Shown piece after piece: positions 11,380-23,974 of a stretch of 64,000 nucleotides of DNA. The translations under genes were made by a program, and so were the position numbers. A model generated the notes under the pieces. The model had not been told where the DNA came from, ran no database searches, and saw nothing but the letters and a program-made list of their open reading frames with translations. The DNA lies in the NCBI GenBank assembly GCA_964016885.1, contig OZ024764.1, positions 21,266,001 to 21,330,000 on the forward strand, written 5' to 3'. Within the stretch, counting starts at the first letter, position 1; every line of letters begins with the position of its first letter. The stretch comes from Eledone cirrhosa (Eukaryota).

Positions 11380-13985
11380 GGTTAAAGAAATTAGGTGTAG
11401 AAGAATGGCTTGTGAGAAGCTGTCAGTAAAGTGTGTTTAGTGAGGAATTGAAGGTACAGGTAGGAGTTCATCATGGTTTAGTTCTTAGCTCACTGTTGTT
11501 CATCATAGTTCTCCAAGCCATAACAGAGAGGTTTAAGACTGGCTGTCTATGGAAACTTCTCTATGTAGATGACCAACTATAGATATAGAATTTGAAATGG
11601 TAAGTTCTGAGAATATACTTAGCCAAAACTAAAGTGGTAATGGATAGGAGAGAAGACCCTGACCCCTTAGGGAAAGTGGCCCTGCTCCATATGTAGAAAA
11701 GGAATAAGTAGAGATAACCACAATGACAGAGACCTAGTTATAATAGCAGGGGACTTGAATGGTCATGTTGGACAGTTCCAGGATGGATATACTGGGGTAC
11801 ATGGTGGTCATGGTTATGGCTCAAGAAATGAAGAAGGAGTGAGGCTTCTTGTATTTTGTGATGCAAGTGAACTAACCATTTGCAACACTTCAAGAAACCT
11901 ACCAACCACCTAACAACCAGGTTAGCACATGAGACAGATTGACTTCTTCCTAGTTAGGCAGCAAGAGAGACAGATGGTGTCAAATACTAAGGCATACCCC
12001 AGGGAACAATGTAACCCACCAACATAGGTTTGTCGTTAGTGACATCTTAGTAAGCAAGAGACAAAGTGAGACATACAAGAAAGTGTGAAAAAGGAAGGTC
12101 TGGAAACTAAAAGACCTTTCACTAAAATATAAATTTTGGAAAGCCCTTCAAGATGTGTATGACGAAAAAGAAGACGATTTAGAGTCCTATGACATGGATG
12201 ATAACTGGAATTTCTTACGTTACAACTTACTTCAGGTTACTGAAGAAACTTGTGGCTGGAGCAGAGCTCCAACCAGACAGAGGGTGACCTGGTGGTGGAA
12301 CAGCATGGTAGATAGAGCCATTAGAGACAAAAGGCTTGGAAAAATGGTAGGGGTAGAGACCGATACACAGCCACTAAGAGAGAAGCTAGATGTCAGGTCT
12401 ACTTAACATGCAGGGAGGCTGAGAGGAGAAGGTTTGCCAATGTCCTGCGATGGGGAGATCAGAGATGTGCAGTGTTCTCCATTGCAAGGCAGTGTGTCAG
12501 TGTAAATCAGGATGTTGGTGCACTTAGTGTCACTGATTCTCAAAAAAAAGGAGGCCTGGAAATGTCATTATGAGAGACTGATGAATGTGGAGAATGAAAG
12601 GGAGAGAAACTACCCTCAGTAGACCCGCCAGAGGGACCAGCTATTGAGATTGATGACTATAGGGTCCAAGAGGCAATTAAGGAAATGAAAAATGGTAGGT
12701 CCGCTGGACTGTTGGGGATAGTTGCTGAGATGCTGAAGGAATCAGGAGAAGTAGGAATTAAACTGGTTGCATGCATCATTAATCAAGCTATATATGGTGG
12801 TGTCACCCCCAAAGACTGGTGCAGCAGTATTCTCATAAATTGAGGTAAAGGGGATGTTCTGGAGGGGAGTAATTATAGGGGTATAAAACTGATGGATCAG
12901 GTTATGAAAGTGACAGAAAGAATACTAGCGCAACTTAGAGAAAGGGTCAAACAGATGCCCTCTTCTTAGTGAGACAACTACAAGAGAGGTTCTTAGAGAA
13001 GAATAAACCACTATACTTAGCTTTTGTTGGCCTAGAGAAGGCCTTTGATAGAGTACCCCAATCTGTCATCTGGTAGTCCCTAAGGAAACTAGGTGTAGAG
13101 GAATGGCTTGTGAGGACAGTGCAAGCTATGTACAGAGGTGCTGTCAGTAAAGTGAGGGTAGGCATGGAGTTTAGTGAGGAATTCCAGAATACAAGTAGGA
13201 GTACATCAGGTTTCGGTCCTCAGCCCGCTCTTGTTCATTATAGTCCTCCAAGTCATAACAGAAGAGTTTAAGACTGGCTGCCCATGGGAACTTCTCTATG
13301 CTGACGATCTGGTTCTTATAGCAGAATCAGTAGAGGAGCTAGAAAATAAATTCTGGCTATTGCAACAGCAGTTGGAATCAAGAGGACTGAGAGTGTACCT
13401 AGCTAAGACTAAAGTGTTGATGAGTAGAAAAGAGGACAAAACTGTCATTCCATCAGGGAAATGGCCTTGTTCGATATGTAGAAAAGGAACTGGCATAAAT
13501 TCTATAATGTACACAATGCAGATTTTGGGTACACAAGAAATGTAGTGGGATAGCAGGCAAACTAACAGGTAGGGAAAACTACATATGCAGTAGATGTACA
13601 GGGAAATTTGACAGTAGAAGTTGCAGTGATAGACACATTTTTCAAATGCAGGTAGGCTCTACAGAGGTGGTTGATAGCTTCTGATACCTAGGTGATCAGA
13701 TTAGCATGGGGGGAGGGTGCTGTGAGACCATAGTATCTAGAATAAGGACAGGTTGGAAGACGTTTAGGGAGCTGCTTCCTCTGTTGACAAAGAAGCGTTT
13801 CTCCCTAAGAACGAATGGCTGGTGATGCCCGCGTGAGATGTGTGATGCTGCACGGTAGTGAGACATGGACAGCAACTGTGGAGGATATGCAACGACTGGA
13901 GAGAAATGAAGCAAGTATGCTCCGTTGGATGTGCAATGTCAATGTGCATCAACGACCAAGCATAGATGAGTTGAGAGAGAATGAA
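11380..13985 (+). mobile_element. Degraded, rearranged RTE LINE
   Basis: Interrupted APE/RT motifs (AGDLNGHVG, VTWWWN, VHQ.SVLSPLLF, LLYADD) closely matching the 46827 element, with many stops and frameshifts. Confidence 0.9.
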
Positions 13986-14390
13986 CAACATGGCCATACC
14001 AGTGCATGTGTCTCCTGTGAAACACATCCTTGAGGTTGTCGATTAGCAGTTTTTTTAGGAGCTCAGTTGAGCTGACATCATCCTCAATGGTCACACTACA
14101 CATCCAGTGGATCATAGCTCTGTCATTTCTTCAGCGTCAATTCAGACAGTCAGATAACATGGCCCAGGTCTCGCTGGCATGAAACAACACACTTCTCTCA
14201 CAGGTGTTATAAATCTGCCCCATGGTATCTAATGGTAGCCAGCATGTCTTGAGGATTAGGAGAAGCTGCCTAAACTTGTTACCTGTCGAGTGGCACAGCA
14301 CGATGGCAGTGAACTTGGCTCCACTTCCAGCTGACATGTCACACAGGTAGCAGAAAGATGTCACCACATCCAGCTTGTCCTCACCAACAG
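13986..14390 (-). mobile_element. RTE LINE 3' fragment in the opposite orientation
   Basis: Minus strand VTSFCYL...YNTCERSVLFHASETWA...HWYGH. Copy at 60910-61320 (+). Confidence 0.75.
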
Positions 14391-14418
14391 GCCTCTAGTT
14401 ATAAAGGTTATCATTGAC

Positions 14419-14520
14419 CAACACTGACACCCCTCAGGGTAGACTGAACCAACACTTAGACCCCCCCAGGGTGGACTGAACCAACACTAACACCCCTCAT
14501 GGTGGATTGAACCAACATTT
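14419..14520. repeat. Short ~31-bp tandem repeat (3 units)
   Basis: CCAACACT.ACACCCCTCAGGGTAGACTGAA repeated three times. Confidence 0.6.
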
Positions 14521-14666
14521 ACCACAGGTCTATAAATAACTGTATTACCCTATCATGATACTATAACATTATAAACCTAAAACTCTGTGATTGTGTCTTG
14601 TCTCTAATGTAATACAGCCAAAACGGGGCATAATGGGAAAATAGTTTGAAAGGAAGTTGACCCCGA

Positions 14667-15760
14667 AATGTGAAAGCTGTACCAGCCATGTATAGGGGAG
14701 CAGTCAGCAGAGTTAGCATTAGCAATGACTAGAGAGAGGAATTTAGCATACGGGTCAGTGTCCACCAGGGCTCTGTTCTTAGCCCTCTCCTGTTCATCAT
14801 AGTTCTGCAGGCAATAACGGAGGAGTTTAAGACCGGATGCCCATGGGAACTCATGTATGCTGATGACCTCACACGTATAGCTGACTCTATGGTAGAACTA
14901 GAGAAGAAATTCCAAACTTGGAAGCAGGGACTAGAAAGAAAGGGTCTCAAAGTCAACCTGACAAAGACTAAGGTCTTTGTAAGTAGACGAGAAAGCAGAA
15001 CCCAGATCCCCTCAGGGAAATGGCCTTGCTTAGTATGTGGGAAATGTGTAGGTAGGAACTCCGTCCTCTGCCCCAAATACAAACAATGGGTACACAAGAG
15101 ATGTAGCGGGATCTCAGGAAGCTTAATTAAGAATGTAGCATGCTTCACATGTAGCAGTTGTGCTGGGACAGCAAGCAGCAAACAGCCACAGGAAATAAGT
15201 ACCACCAATCTCTGGGAGGGCTCTGTAGAAACAGTAGACAGCTTCTGCTACCCAGGTGACCGAATTAGGAGCGGAGGTGGGTGTTCGGAAAGTACAATAA
15301 CTAGGGTAAGAACGGGATGGAAAAAGTTCATGACTGTATGATGCATGCATACAAACAGCAATGTTACATGGTAGTGAGACCTGGGTGCTGAAGGTGGAAG
15401 ACTTACGCAGAATAGAAAGAAACGAAGCCTGCATGCTCTGTTGGATGTGTAATAGTAATATACGTGAACGGCAAAGCATAAACGAATTGAGAGAGAGACT
15501 GAGCATAAGAGGAATCAAATGCTGTGTGCAGGAGAGGCGGTTGCGTTGGTATGGACATGTGATGCGTATGAAGGATGAGAGCTGCATAAAAAGGTGCAGA
15601 GCACTAGAAGTTGATGGAAGCCGTGGAGTGGGGAGACCCAAGAAGACCTGGGATGAGGTGATAAAAGCCGACCTTACCCAATTACACCTCTCAAAGGCGA
15701 TGACAGACGACCGTGACCTCTGGCGTCATGCAGTAATACAGAAGACCCGACCACCCCACG
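14667..15760 (+). mobile_element. 5'-truncated RTE LINE (second subfamily), copy-1 specific
   Basis: HQGSVLSPLLF, WELMYADD, MLHGSETW, RRLRWYGHV and GRPKKTW motifs across frameshifted ORFs. Confidence 0.9.
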
Positions 15761-15774
15761 GGTACAAGCTGAAG

Positions 15775-16065
15775 CTGAAGCATATAGACAATATGCCCCC
15801 ACGCCCTCGTGGAGGTACCACGGTAAAAAAGCACCCAGCCCACACTGTAAAGTGGACATGTAGGCACCAAGGAAAAAAAGCACCCAGCACTCACTGTAAA
15901 TGAGGTTGGTGTTAGGAAGGGCATCCAGCTGTAGAAATCAAGCCAGAATCAGTTCCCTTATGAGCAAGACAAAATCAGCTGACCGGACACTACCCAAAAC
16001 AGGACAACCTGTCCGACCCATGCTAGCATGGAAGAAGGGACGTAAAACGGTGATGATGATGATGA
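15775..16065 (+). mobile_element. RTE-related SINE with (GAT)n tail
   Basis: AAAAAGCACCCAG..CACTGTAAA units, GTTAGGAAGGGCATCCAGC core and CCCATGCTAGCATGG...GATGATGATG tail. The same family is inverted at 25419-25720. Confidence 0.75.
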
Positions 16066-16192
16066 TATATATATATAGAGAGAGAGCTGGTGGTGTTGTT
16101 GAACGAAATTATTACTTGTGTGTATGTGCGTGCGTGTGTATGAGTGTGTCTGTGACTAGGGTATTAAGGCCACAGACACACACACATATATA

Positions 16193-17043
16193 CAGGGTGC
16201 GGACGATATTTGTTCGCAAGATTACTGTCTAGGAAAAAATAAGACAGTAGTTTTATTTTTTAAGATATATTTATCAAACTTCTGTCAGTTTGTCTTCATG
16301 ACTTGTTCTTTCGATCTCACTCCATAAACCCGCCATTGGCTTTGATGACGGCCTCGGAACCAGCTACAGGCCTTCGTCACTGTCCCCCGACTTAGGCCCC
16401 TAAAGGCACTTGTGATCCTGGCCTTCAGATCGTCTTTCGTATTGCAGCTACATCTGTTGGTGTCTCGTTCCACTGCGCCCCACACAAAGAAGTCGAGGGG
16501 GTTGCAGTCAGGCGAGCTGGGAGGCCAGATGTCAGGTGAAGTGTGGTCGACAAAGTTCTCTGACAGCCAGGCTTGGGTCTTGCTGCCACACGTACAGCCT
16601 ACCTGCAGCTACCTGGTCGATCCAGGGCTTTACTACCTCGCTCAGAACGTGGATGTAGCCATCGGTGTTCAGCTTGAGGTCCTCAGGGAAGAAGTGAGGT
16701 GGCTTGACGTCACCTTGACTACTGACGACACCTAAAACCAATGTTGTCGCTGGAAACTTTGTCTGCATGACTCTGGGCAGGTCTTTGGATGAGACAGCGA
16801 GCCACCTGTTGTTCTGGGAGTTGATCTTCTGGTCCTTATTTGTCCTCCAGGCGCGGATTCCAAGAGGAACTCTGTCTCTTCCACAAATTTGGAGGTTCTA
16901 AATTATTCATAATCAATTATTCAGAAAATAAATAATGGAAATATAGTCACTGTTTTTATGAAGACAAGAGTGACAACGGAAGTAAAAAAAATTTGCATAA
17001 AATTAGCAGTTGAAAATTGCGAACAAATATCGTACACACCCTG
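16193..17043 (-). mobile_element. Tc1/mariner-superfamily (DD37D/maT-like) element, internally deleted
   Basis: 27-bp TIRs CAGGGTG(CG/TG)(G/T)ACGATATTTGTTCGCAA with TA flanks. Minus-strand transposase remnants NSQNNRW, VWQQD and WPPSSPDCNPLDFFVWG. Confidence 0.88.
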
Positions 17044-17088
17044 TATATACACACACACACATATATATATATACACACACACACACGC

Positions 17089-17137
<49 letters not shown>

Positions 17138-17299
17138 CATGGGCCTACTAATTTCATTTTACATTATATACATGTCTGTGTATATTTTAATTATTTAAAA
17201 ATTATTTTTAAAGGGAACGTGACCCAACAGGTCACAGGTATTCTAGTAAGATTATAAATACAAACACACAAAAAGATAGAATCTACTCAAACCTTAATA

Positions 17300-17530
17300 T
17301 CTCAGACCCCAGTAGATTACTGGAACTTTAATTTATCCACACCGTTAGATTGAAAGACAAAGTTAACTTTGGTGGTATTTGAACTCATAACATAAAGGGT
17401 TGAAATCCCGCCGAGGTTAGCTTTGCCCTTCATCTTTACGGGGTTGATTTAAGATCTAATAATAGTTTCTGATTTAGACACAAGGTCGACAATGTTTGGG
17501 GGGGAATAAGTTGATTAAATTAAACACAGT
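17300..17530. mobile_element. Cluster of SINE fragments, two of them head-to-head
   Basis: GACCCCAGTAG..ACTGGAACTT..TGAAAGACAAAGTTAACTTTGGTGG followed by the inverted counterpart CCCGCCGAGGTTAGCTTTGCCCTTCATC. Copy at 60030-60255, related fragment at 24835-24906. Confidence 0.55.
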
Positions 17531-17876
17531 TACTGTGAGATCACTTCTTTGATAGTTTGTTTAAAAATAACTGATTCACAATTTACGTATGAAAAGTTGA
17601 CAAAGATTTACAAGTGGTGTTATCAATAAATAGGGCCTTCAAAGTAGCAGGAAACGACTAGATTTGTAGATAAAGAAGTGGGAGACAGGATTATCGGAGT
17701 TTAGAAGAGCTACACACTTCTCCAGTTGGCTAGGAAATAATTATCTTTCCTTAATTTTATTTCTCGACCTCTTAGATGTTTGCCATCGACTTTTCTTCCT
17801 GAAAACGGAATCCCTAACCCTAATACTGGGGAATAAAACGTCTATTGCAAGTATCGAAGGGGTCCAGAGAAAATAC

Positions 17877-18070
17877 TCGTGAGGGTACCTGGTTATTTCA
17901 GCACCTTAGCCTCACCTGACCGAGGTATCAGGTGCTACCCGTGAGAGTACCTGGTTATTTCAGCACCTTAGCCTCACCTTACCGAGGTGTCAGGTGATAC
18001 CCGTGAGATTACCTGGTTATTTCAACACCTTAGTAATGCTGCCAGTGTGTTGGCTTGCCTCAAAGTGTGT
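17877..18070 (+). repeat. 60-bp tandem repeat derived from a CRE 3' end (~2.5 units)
   Basis: CGTGAGGGTACCTGGTTATTTCAGCACCTTAGCCTCACCTTACCGAGGTGTCAGGTGATAC, ending in TGCCAGTGTGTTGGCTTGCCTCAAA, which matches the reverse complement of 35115-35220. Confidence 0.75.
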
Positions 18071-18565
18071 AGTTAACCCCTAAGGTGTGAGGTGTGGCCT
18101 ATTATCACACCTGGTGGTCAATTGCCATCTCCCACTGTGTTTTTCTTTCCTTTATCATTATTGTTCAATAAATTATATTATTATACACAGTTTAGACAAT
18201 ATATTTGTAATGTCTTTCTCAAGGAATTGCCAGCAATTTATAATGTTATTTACACACTTATGTTATTTATGTATATATTTAAAACATATTTACAACGTTA
18301 TTCTACTGTAAATTTATACAATTGTAATAAAATATATTAATTATATCATCACATAATATAAAAACGACCTTTAGAATATTTAAATATTTAGTTTTGTTAA
18401 TTTATTTTTCAGCAACAACAAAAGTTTTCACTTTAATTAATTAGAGGTAGGTAAAATATAGATAATTACGATAACATTTTATATTTCCAGTAATGAAACA
18501 AACAAGAAAATATATATTTGTGATGTGAAGAGTGAGCTTAAATCTACAATATTAATAGACATAAT

Positions 18566-18712
18566 AGTTACATTATAGTTTCAGGTGTTTAGTATTTACA
18601 GAAATGTTGTCTAAATGATGTTGTAGGAAGACTAACACGTGGACAGGAAGTCGACAACTGCACCACTGCGCATGCTTCAATGTCAAAGGTCAAGTTTTTT
18701 TGTGACGTAAAA
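18566..18712 (-). promoter_or_regulatory. Putative promoter and short non-coding exon 1 of ZNF copy 1
   Basis: Within 75 bp lie CACGTG (E-box), CAGGAAGT (ETS), TGCGCATGC (NRF1-like), CAAAGGTCA (nuclear-receptor half site) and TGACGTAA (CRE/ATF-like). Donor-like AAT|GTAACT at 18571. Confidence 0.55.
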
Positions 18713-19059
18713 TATTTTTACTGAATTAAATTATGTAAAGTTTGTAATAGAAAAATGAAAGTTGAAATCAGTAAATGTAATTAAAATAGAGAAAGTAAGG
18801 TGTTGGTGGTGAGGAATGGACGGTAGACATTTCACCTCAGTCTAGGTAGTGTATTTTACCTGTGTCACTCGGACAATAGCCAGCGATGACCACTACACCA
18901 ACCACTCTCTCCTTCAGGTGGTGTCCACTTTCGTGAGTCTGTAGAAATACAGGGCAGTGGGAAGACAGAGGACAGCAGAGGAGGTCTTGACTTGAAAAGA
19001 GTATCACTTGATACCTCGATATAACCTGTTGGTAGATATAGTAGGGTGCTGGATCAATC

Positions 19060-19305
19060 GAGTACCCTGACAGAGATCACCGGGTATCTCGGTAAGATCG
19101 GGTCATATGGAGGTTAAGTTGCCAGAACAGCTAAGTACCCTGACAGAGATCACCGGGTATCTCGGTAAAATCATGTCATGTGGAGGCTAAACCACCCAAA
19201 CAGCTAAGTACCCTCACAAGAGTCATCGGGTACTTCGGTAAAGCCAGCCGCCAACAGTGACAGCAACTTCGTTGTCAGCAGCCCAGCTTCTCAAACATCA
19301 CAGAC
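19060..19305 (-). mobile_element. Degenerate CRE 3' fragment with ~70-bp internal tandem repeats
   Basis: The minus strand resembles the CRE RLE C-terminal DNA (...CTGACAACGAAGTT...GGCGGCTGGCTTTACCGAAGTA...GCTGTT...). Copies at 39678-39855 and 58365-58545. Confidence 0.5.
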
Positions 19306-19537
19306 TGGAATAAATACTTTGCCGATAATTACTGGTAGTTTAACTTTTATTTCGTTCGTCTACAGAAGCAGTGACCCTCACTTTTACTACAGCATGTAGG
19401 ATGTGGGAGGGAGACAAAAACATCACTAACTGGGGTCTCACTAATGTGACAGTTAGTTTTGAAAATACATATACAACATACAAGATAAATGACTAGACTG
19501 AAATATATTTGATAGGGAATAAAGAGTAGAATATTCT

Positions 19538-19720
19538 AGTCTGTGGTGTTGGAGAAGTTTGGAGGAGATAGGTCCCTGACAACGAGGTTCTTGTTATCGT
19601 TGGCAGCTCTCCTTACCGAGGTGTCAGGTGATACATATGAGGGTGTTTGGTAGTTCCAGCATCTTAGCCTTGCTATCACTCGAGGTAAGACTGTCTCAGA
19701 AAGTATTAGAGGGAGACTCC
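19538..19720 (+). mobile_element. Degenerate CRE 3' fragment
   Basis: Encodes VVLEKFGGDRSLTTRFLLSLAALLTEVSGD..GVW*FQHLSLAITRG, matching the C-terminus of the 35011-35544 element. Copy at 40090-40270. Confidence 0.7.
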
Positions 19721-20821
19721 GCACCCCATATGATGTGAGACTGATTGACAGAGTGTTGACTTAATATTTTCATTTGTTGTAATTCTATGTGAAATATATC
19801 TCTATGTAAGTAACTTAGTTACGTGAATCATTGTGAATCTCGTAAATACTTAAACAGAAATCTACTTAGGACACAAAATAAAGCAGGTTCCATTGTACAA
19901 AACATATAAAGCACGTATATCAAAAAGAAGGGGGGATGTAACAAGAGTTGTCTCCCCTTACATATGTTTTACAGTAGTGTACGTTTGTGTGTTTCTCTAT
20001 CTCTCTCTATATATATATAAATATATATATTTTTTTTACGATCGACTTTTAGTCAAATCGGACCGAGGAAACAATGTTTCCATTGGTCTTTCCAATAGCT
20101 AATACTATCTATTGGTCGCAACTCCAGAAGACTGCAAAAGACTGTCTCATACTTCTTTGAAAGATGTTTTCAAACAAACACGTGTACAAAATCCTACTGT
20201 GTTAAAAGTAATAATTACGTATGAAACAAATTATTCACTAAAGTAATTAGCAAATACGTTTTTATATATGGTGTCTATCAAGGGGACCCACTCGCCTCAC
20301 TCCTATTGGTGCTGACAGTTGACAACATGGTCTAGTTACCCCTGTCTGGTACCTAGATGACACAACCCTGGGTGGCCCGGCTGTGACAGGTTAAGGCCTC
20401 TCTATACCCCAGTATATTACAGTCCAACATAACTGGGATCACATCAATTGTAGGTAGGTCTCTTCACACCGGTCACCATCGAGACCTCAGAAGTACTTGG
20501 ACCCCGTACTGCCAAGCTCCTCTGTAAGATCAGAACGTTGGTGGCCCTTCTGAAGAGGGAGTCCCATGAGGTTGGGGTGGCTGTTGCAGTGGGTGTCACT
20601 GTCCGGGGCGAATACTTTTGCAGTCTTATCCACAGGGCGCAGCACTTCTGCCCCTTGACCGAAAGCTCAATTATTTGCTTGTTGCTGTGGGTACTTTCGT
20701 ATTTAGTTCTTTTATGACCCCTCTTTGAAATGTCTTTGTGTCATGTGGTGACCTCCTGGTAGTTAATGTAGCAGAAGACATTGAAGGACATGCTGCCCTC
20801 CCTAGTGTTGGTAACCTACAT

Positions 20822-23168
20822 CAGACATGTCAAACATGCGGCCCTTGGCAAGCAAACCTACAGCCCACACAAAGGTTTTTACAGTGCGAGCATGTTTCAT
20901 TTTCGTAATATTAAATTTAAAAATTTTTCGATACAATTGTTTTTTTTGTGCAATTTTTGTCAACTACTTTTAACTTCCATTAATCACGTGCAGCTCATTA
21001 ACAGAAAACTTTCTTTCAAAATTTCAAAAGTTTTTGTTTTTGAAATGGTTAGTGCTCCTCCAGCTAAGAGAAAAAGGAAATTGAACGAAGAAGGGCAAGT
21101 GTTTCAAGAAAAGTGGGAATTACAGTATTTTTGCCCAATGGTGAACAGAAAGATACACTGTTTCATTTGCAACAACTACATCGCCACGCCAAAAGAGTAC
21201 AATTTAAAAAGACATTATGAAACAAACCCTCGATCTTACGATAAATATGAAGGCCCAATGTGTGTTTCAAGACTGAAGGAATTGAAGTCTAACTTGACAC
21301 AGCAACAGACCTGTTTTATGTTAATTCAGGAAGAGAATGTCACTTTTCCGTTACTGCAAGCTATGAACTCAGTCAAATGATTGCCATGAGTGGGAAATCT
21401 TACAGTGAATGAGATTTTGTAATGCAATGTCTTGTAAAAACAGCTGAAATTGTCCAGAGAAAGCAGAGTTATTCAAAGACATTTCATTAACCAGGAACAC
21501 TGTTGCTGAACAGATTAATGAAATGTCAGGTGATCTGAAACAACAGTTAAAGGCTGTATCATCAAGGTTTGAACATGTTTCTATTGCTATTGATGAGACT
21601 GTTGACATCACTGGAATAGTACAGCTTGCATTCTTCATCAGGGCCTGTGACTGTGAATTTAATATTTATGAAGAACTGATTGAACTGGTCCCCATGCATG
21701 ACACTATAACAAGCCAGGACATCTTTGAGAAGGTCAAGCAGGGTCTGCATGGTTTTGATCTGAGTAAACTTGCATGTTTATCTACTGACAGTGCTGCAAA
21801 TATGGTTGGTAGACATAATGGTGTTGCTGCCAAGTTACAAACAAAAATAGAAACCTCATATCTAGATTCATCATTTGCACATTTTCACTATTATTCATCA
21901 GCAAAATTTATGTTCAAAGATTTTAAAATTGCATCATGTGCTTAGCTTGGTCACAAAGACAGTGAACTAAATCAGAGGCCATGCTCTCAACCACCGTCAG
22001 TTCAGCCAGTTGTTGGAAGATATGGATAATCAGTTCACCGATGTTCCATTCTACACAGAAGTCTGCTGGTTGACATGTGACAAAGTGCTGAAAAGATTCT
22101 ATTTGTTGAGACAAGAAATAATTGTGTTTTGGGAGATAAAAGGTTAAAACACAGATGAAATAAAAGATGAAAGTTGGCTTCAACACCTGATTTTTGCTGT
22201 GGATATTACTGCACAATTAACTGATCTTAACTTGAAATTACAAGGTAAAAACAAACCCATCAACCAGTTGAATGATGACATCAAGTGCTTCATTAGAAAA
22301 CTAAGCTTATGGAAATCTCCGTCGTCAGATGAAAATTTAGTTCATTTTCCTATGTGCAAAGAACTGAAAAACACTGCCAATACTGAGTCTGTATTTAGCT
22401 AAGTTAAGTATGACAGTCACCTGGAATTGTTGTTAAAGAAATTTCAGGAAAGATTTTGTGATTTCTCATTTTTTGAACATCAGTTTACATTCTTCTCAGC
22501 ACCATTCACCTTTGATGAAGGCAGAAGAATGCCTGCAGATGGAACTATTGGAAATGCAGTCAGATTCTACACTCAGAACAAAGTATCTTGTAGTGGGGAT
22601 ACCTGGTTTCTTTTCATACCTTCCTGAAAAGTTTATTAACATCAGAAAGTTTGTCACAAAGATTATGGCAATGTTTGGTTCTACCTATGTGAGTGGACAG
22701 TTATTTTCCTTCATGAAATTAACAAAAACTTCTCAGAGAACAAGGCTGACTGATCAAAACTTGTCATCTGATCAAAGTTGGAACTGTACAAAGATTTCAG
22801 CCAGAAATACGAAACATAGTAAACAGAAAGTGTCAAGCCTCAGGACAAAACACTAAAAATGGTTGAATAGTAGCAAATAAATGTTCAGTTTTCAACTGTT
22901 GTTATTTGTGTACAATGTATTTGTTGCTGTTACAATCTGCAAGTATATGTTGACATGTGAAATTTTAGTTTTTTGTCAAACTACTTCATTACTTTGTATT
23001 CATGAATGCTGCTAAAACATTTGTATGTACATTGTATGTTTCTAAATTTAAGTAACAAATCTTTCTGCAATATATTTTATTAAATGACTACTTAGTTGTC
23101 GTGTGCAACCCTCAGACAACACATGTGACCTATGTGGCCCTTGGGGAACCCTCAGTTTCTTATGCCTC
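20822..23168 (+). mobile_element. hAT (SPIN/Charlie-like) fossil, longest copy
   Basis: Same TIRs and ACCTACAT TSD (20814-20821, 23169-23176) as copy 1. It retains the dimerisation-domain segment MFGSTYVSGQLFSFMK. Frameshifted. Confidence 0.9.
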
Positions 23169-23974
23169 ACCTACATGATAAACACACCCAACACAGGCTG
23201 TAATGTGGTTGGTCATGTGAAGGACATCTAGCCATAGAAAGCTTGCCCGACAATAGTGTCGGAGAACCCTTCAATCATGACAAAGACATGACAACCTTTT
23301 CTGTGCACTCAGTAGCTAATGAGACCTTATGTAAATAAGTCTCAGATCCTTGGTCTGTCTGGGAGATCAGTAGCCTCACTTCAGTACTTACTTGGTTGAA
23401 GTAGACTCATTAAACCCTTGCTAGCAGGGAAATATGATGTTGATTATGTAACCTCAACCTATTCTTATTAACCCACTTTTTCCAGAGAGGGTCTTGGGGG
23501 CAGAGTCCTCAAACACTCCCTCCAACAGGTCCTGTCAGAAGCAACCCACTCCAATTGATCTGGCTGGATCTCCCAGAGAGACCAGCCAAGCTCATGGATG
23601 TTATGTGACCATCTTGCTCAGGTCTACCCCTGGGTCTCCTGCCGGTTAGTTTTGCCTGTAAAATCTATCCAGTGATTCTTTCCTCAGACATTCTAACCAC
23701 ATGGCCATAGTATTGCAGCTGTGATCTCTCAATTCGGAGAAGTAACAGCTCCACCTGGAGTGACTCTCTGATCTCAGAGCTATGCACTTTATTGAGAAAA
23801 GTTCCTTCAAAGACCCTTCAGAGGAATCCCATATCTGCCATTTGTATTCCCAATCATATTATTTTGGTCATTACCCAAGATATGTGACCATAGGTAAGGG
23901 TTGGCACAAAAACCTAATTGAAGACAGCAAGTTTGGCTTTTATGCCTACCTCCCTTCTTCTGATTACTGATATT

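Larger units (their letters stand above)
14529..17246 (+). mobile_element. Helitron-like element (subfamily B) split by nested RTE, SINE and mariner insertions
   Basis: 5' TCTATAAATAAC...AAAACTCTGTGATTGTGTCTTG and 3' GTGACCcaacaGGTCAC-AGGTATTCTAG^T. An uninterrupted copy lies at 60312-60802 (-). Confidence 0.6.

Noticed and set aside
17808-17825. CCCTAACCCTAA telomere-like motif
   Set aside because: Only two units are present and they are not conserved in copy 2, which is consistent with chance.
18087-18340. Short ORFs conserved in three copies (also 38936-39199 and 58978-59231)
   Set aside because: This is AT-rich intronic sequence, conservation is explained by recent duplication, and copy 2 is frameshifted.
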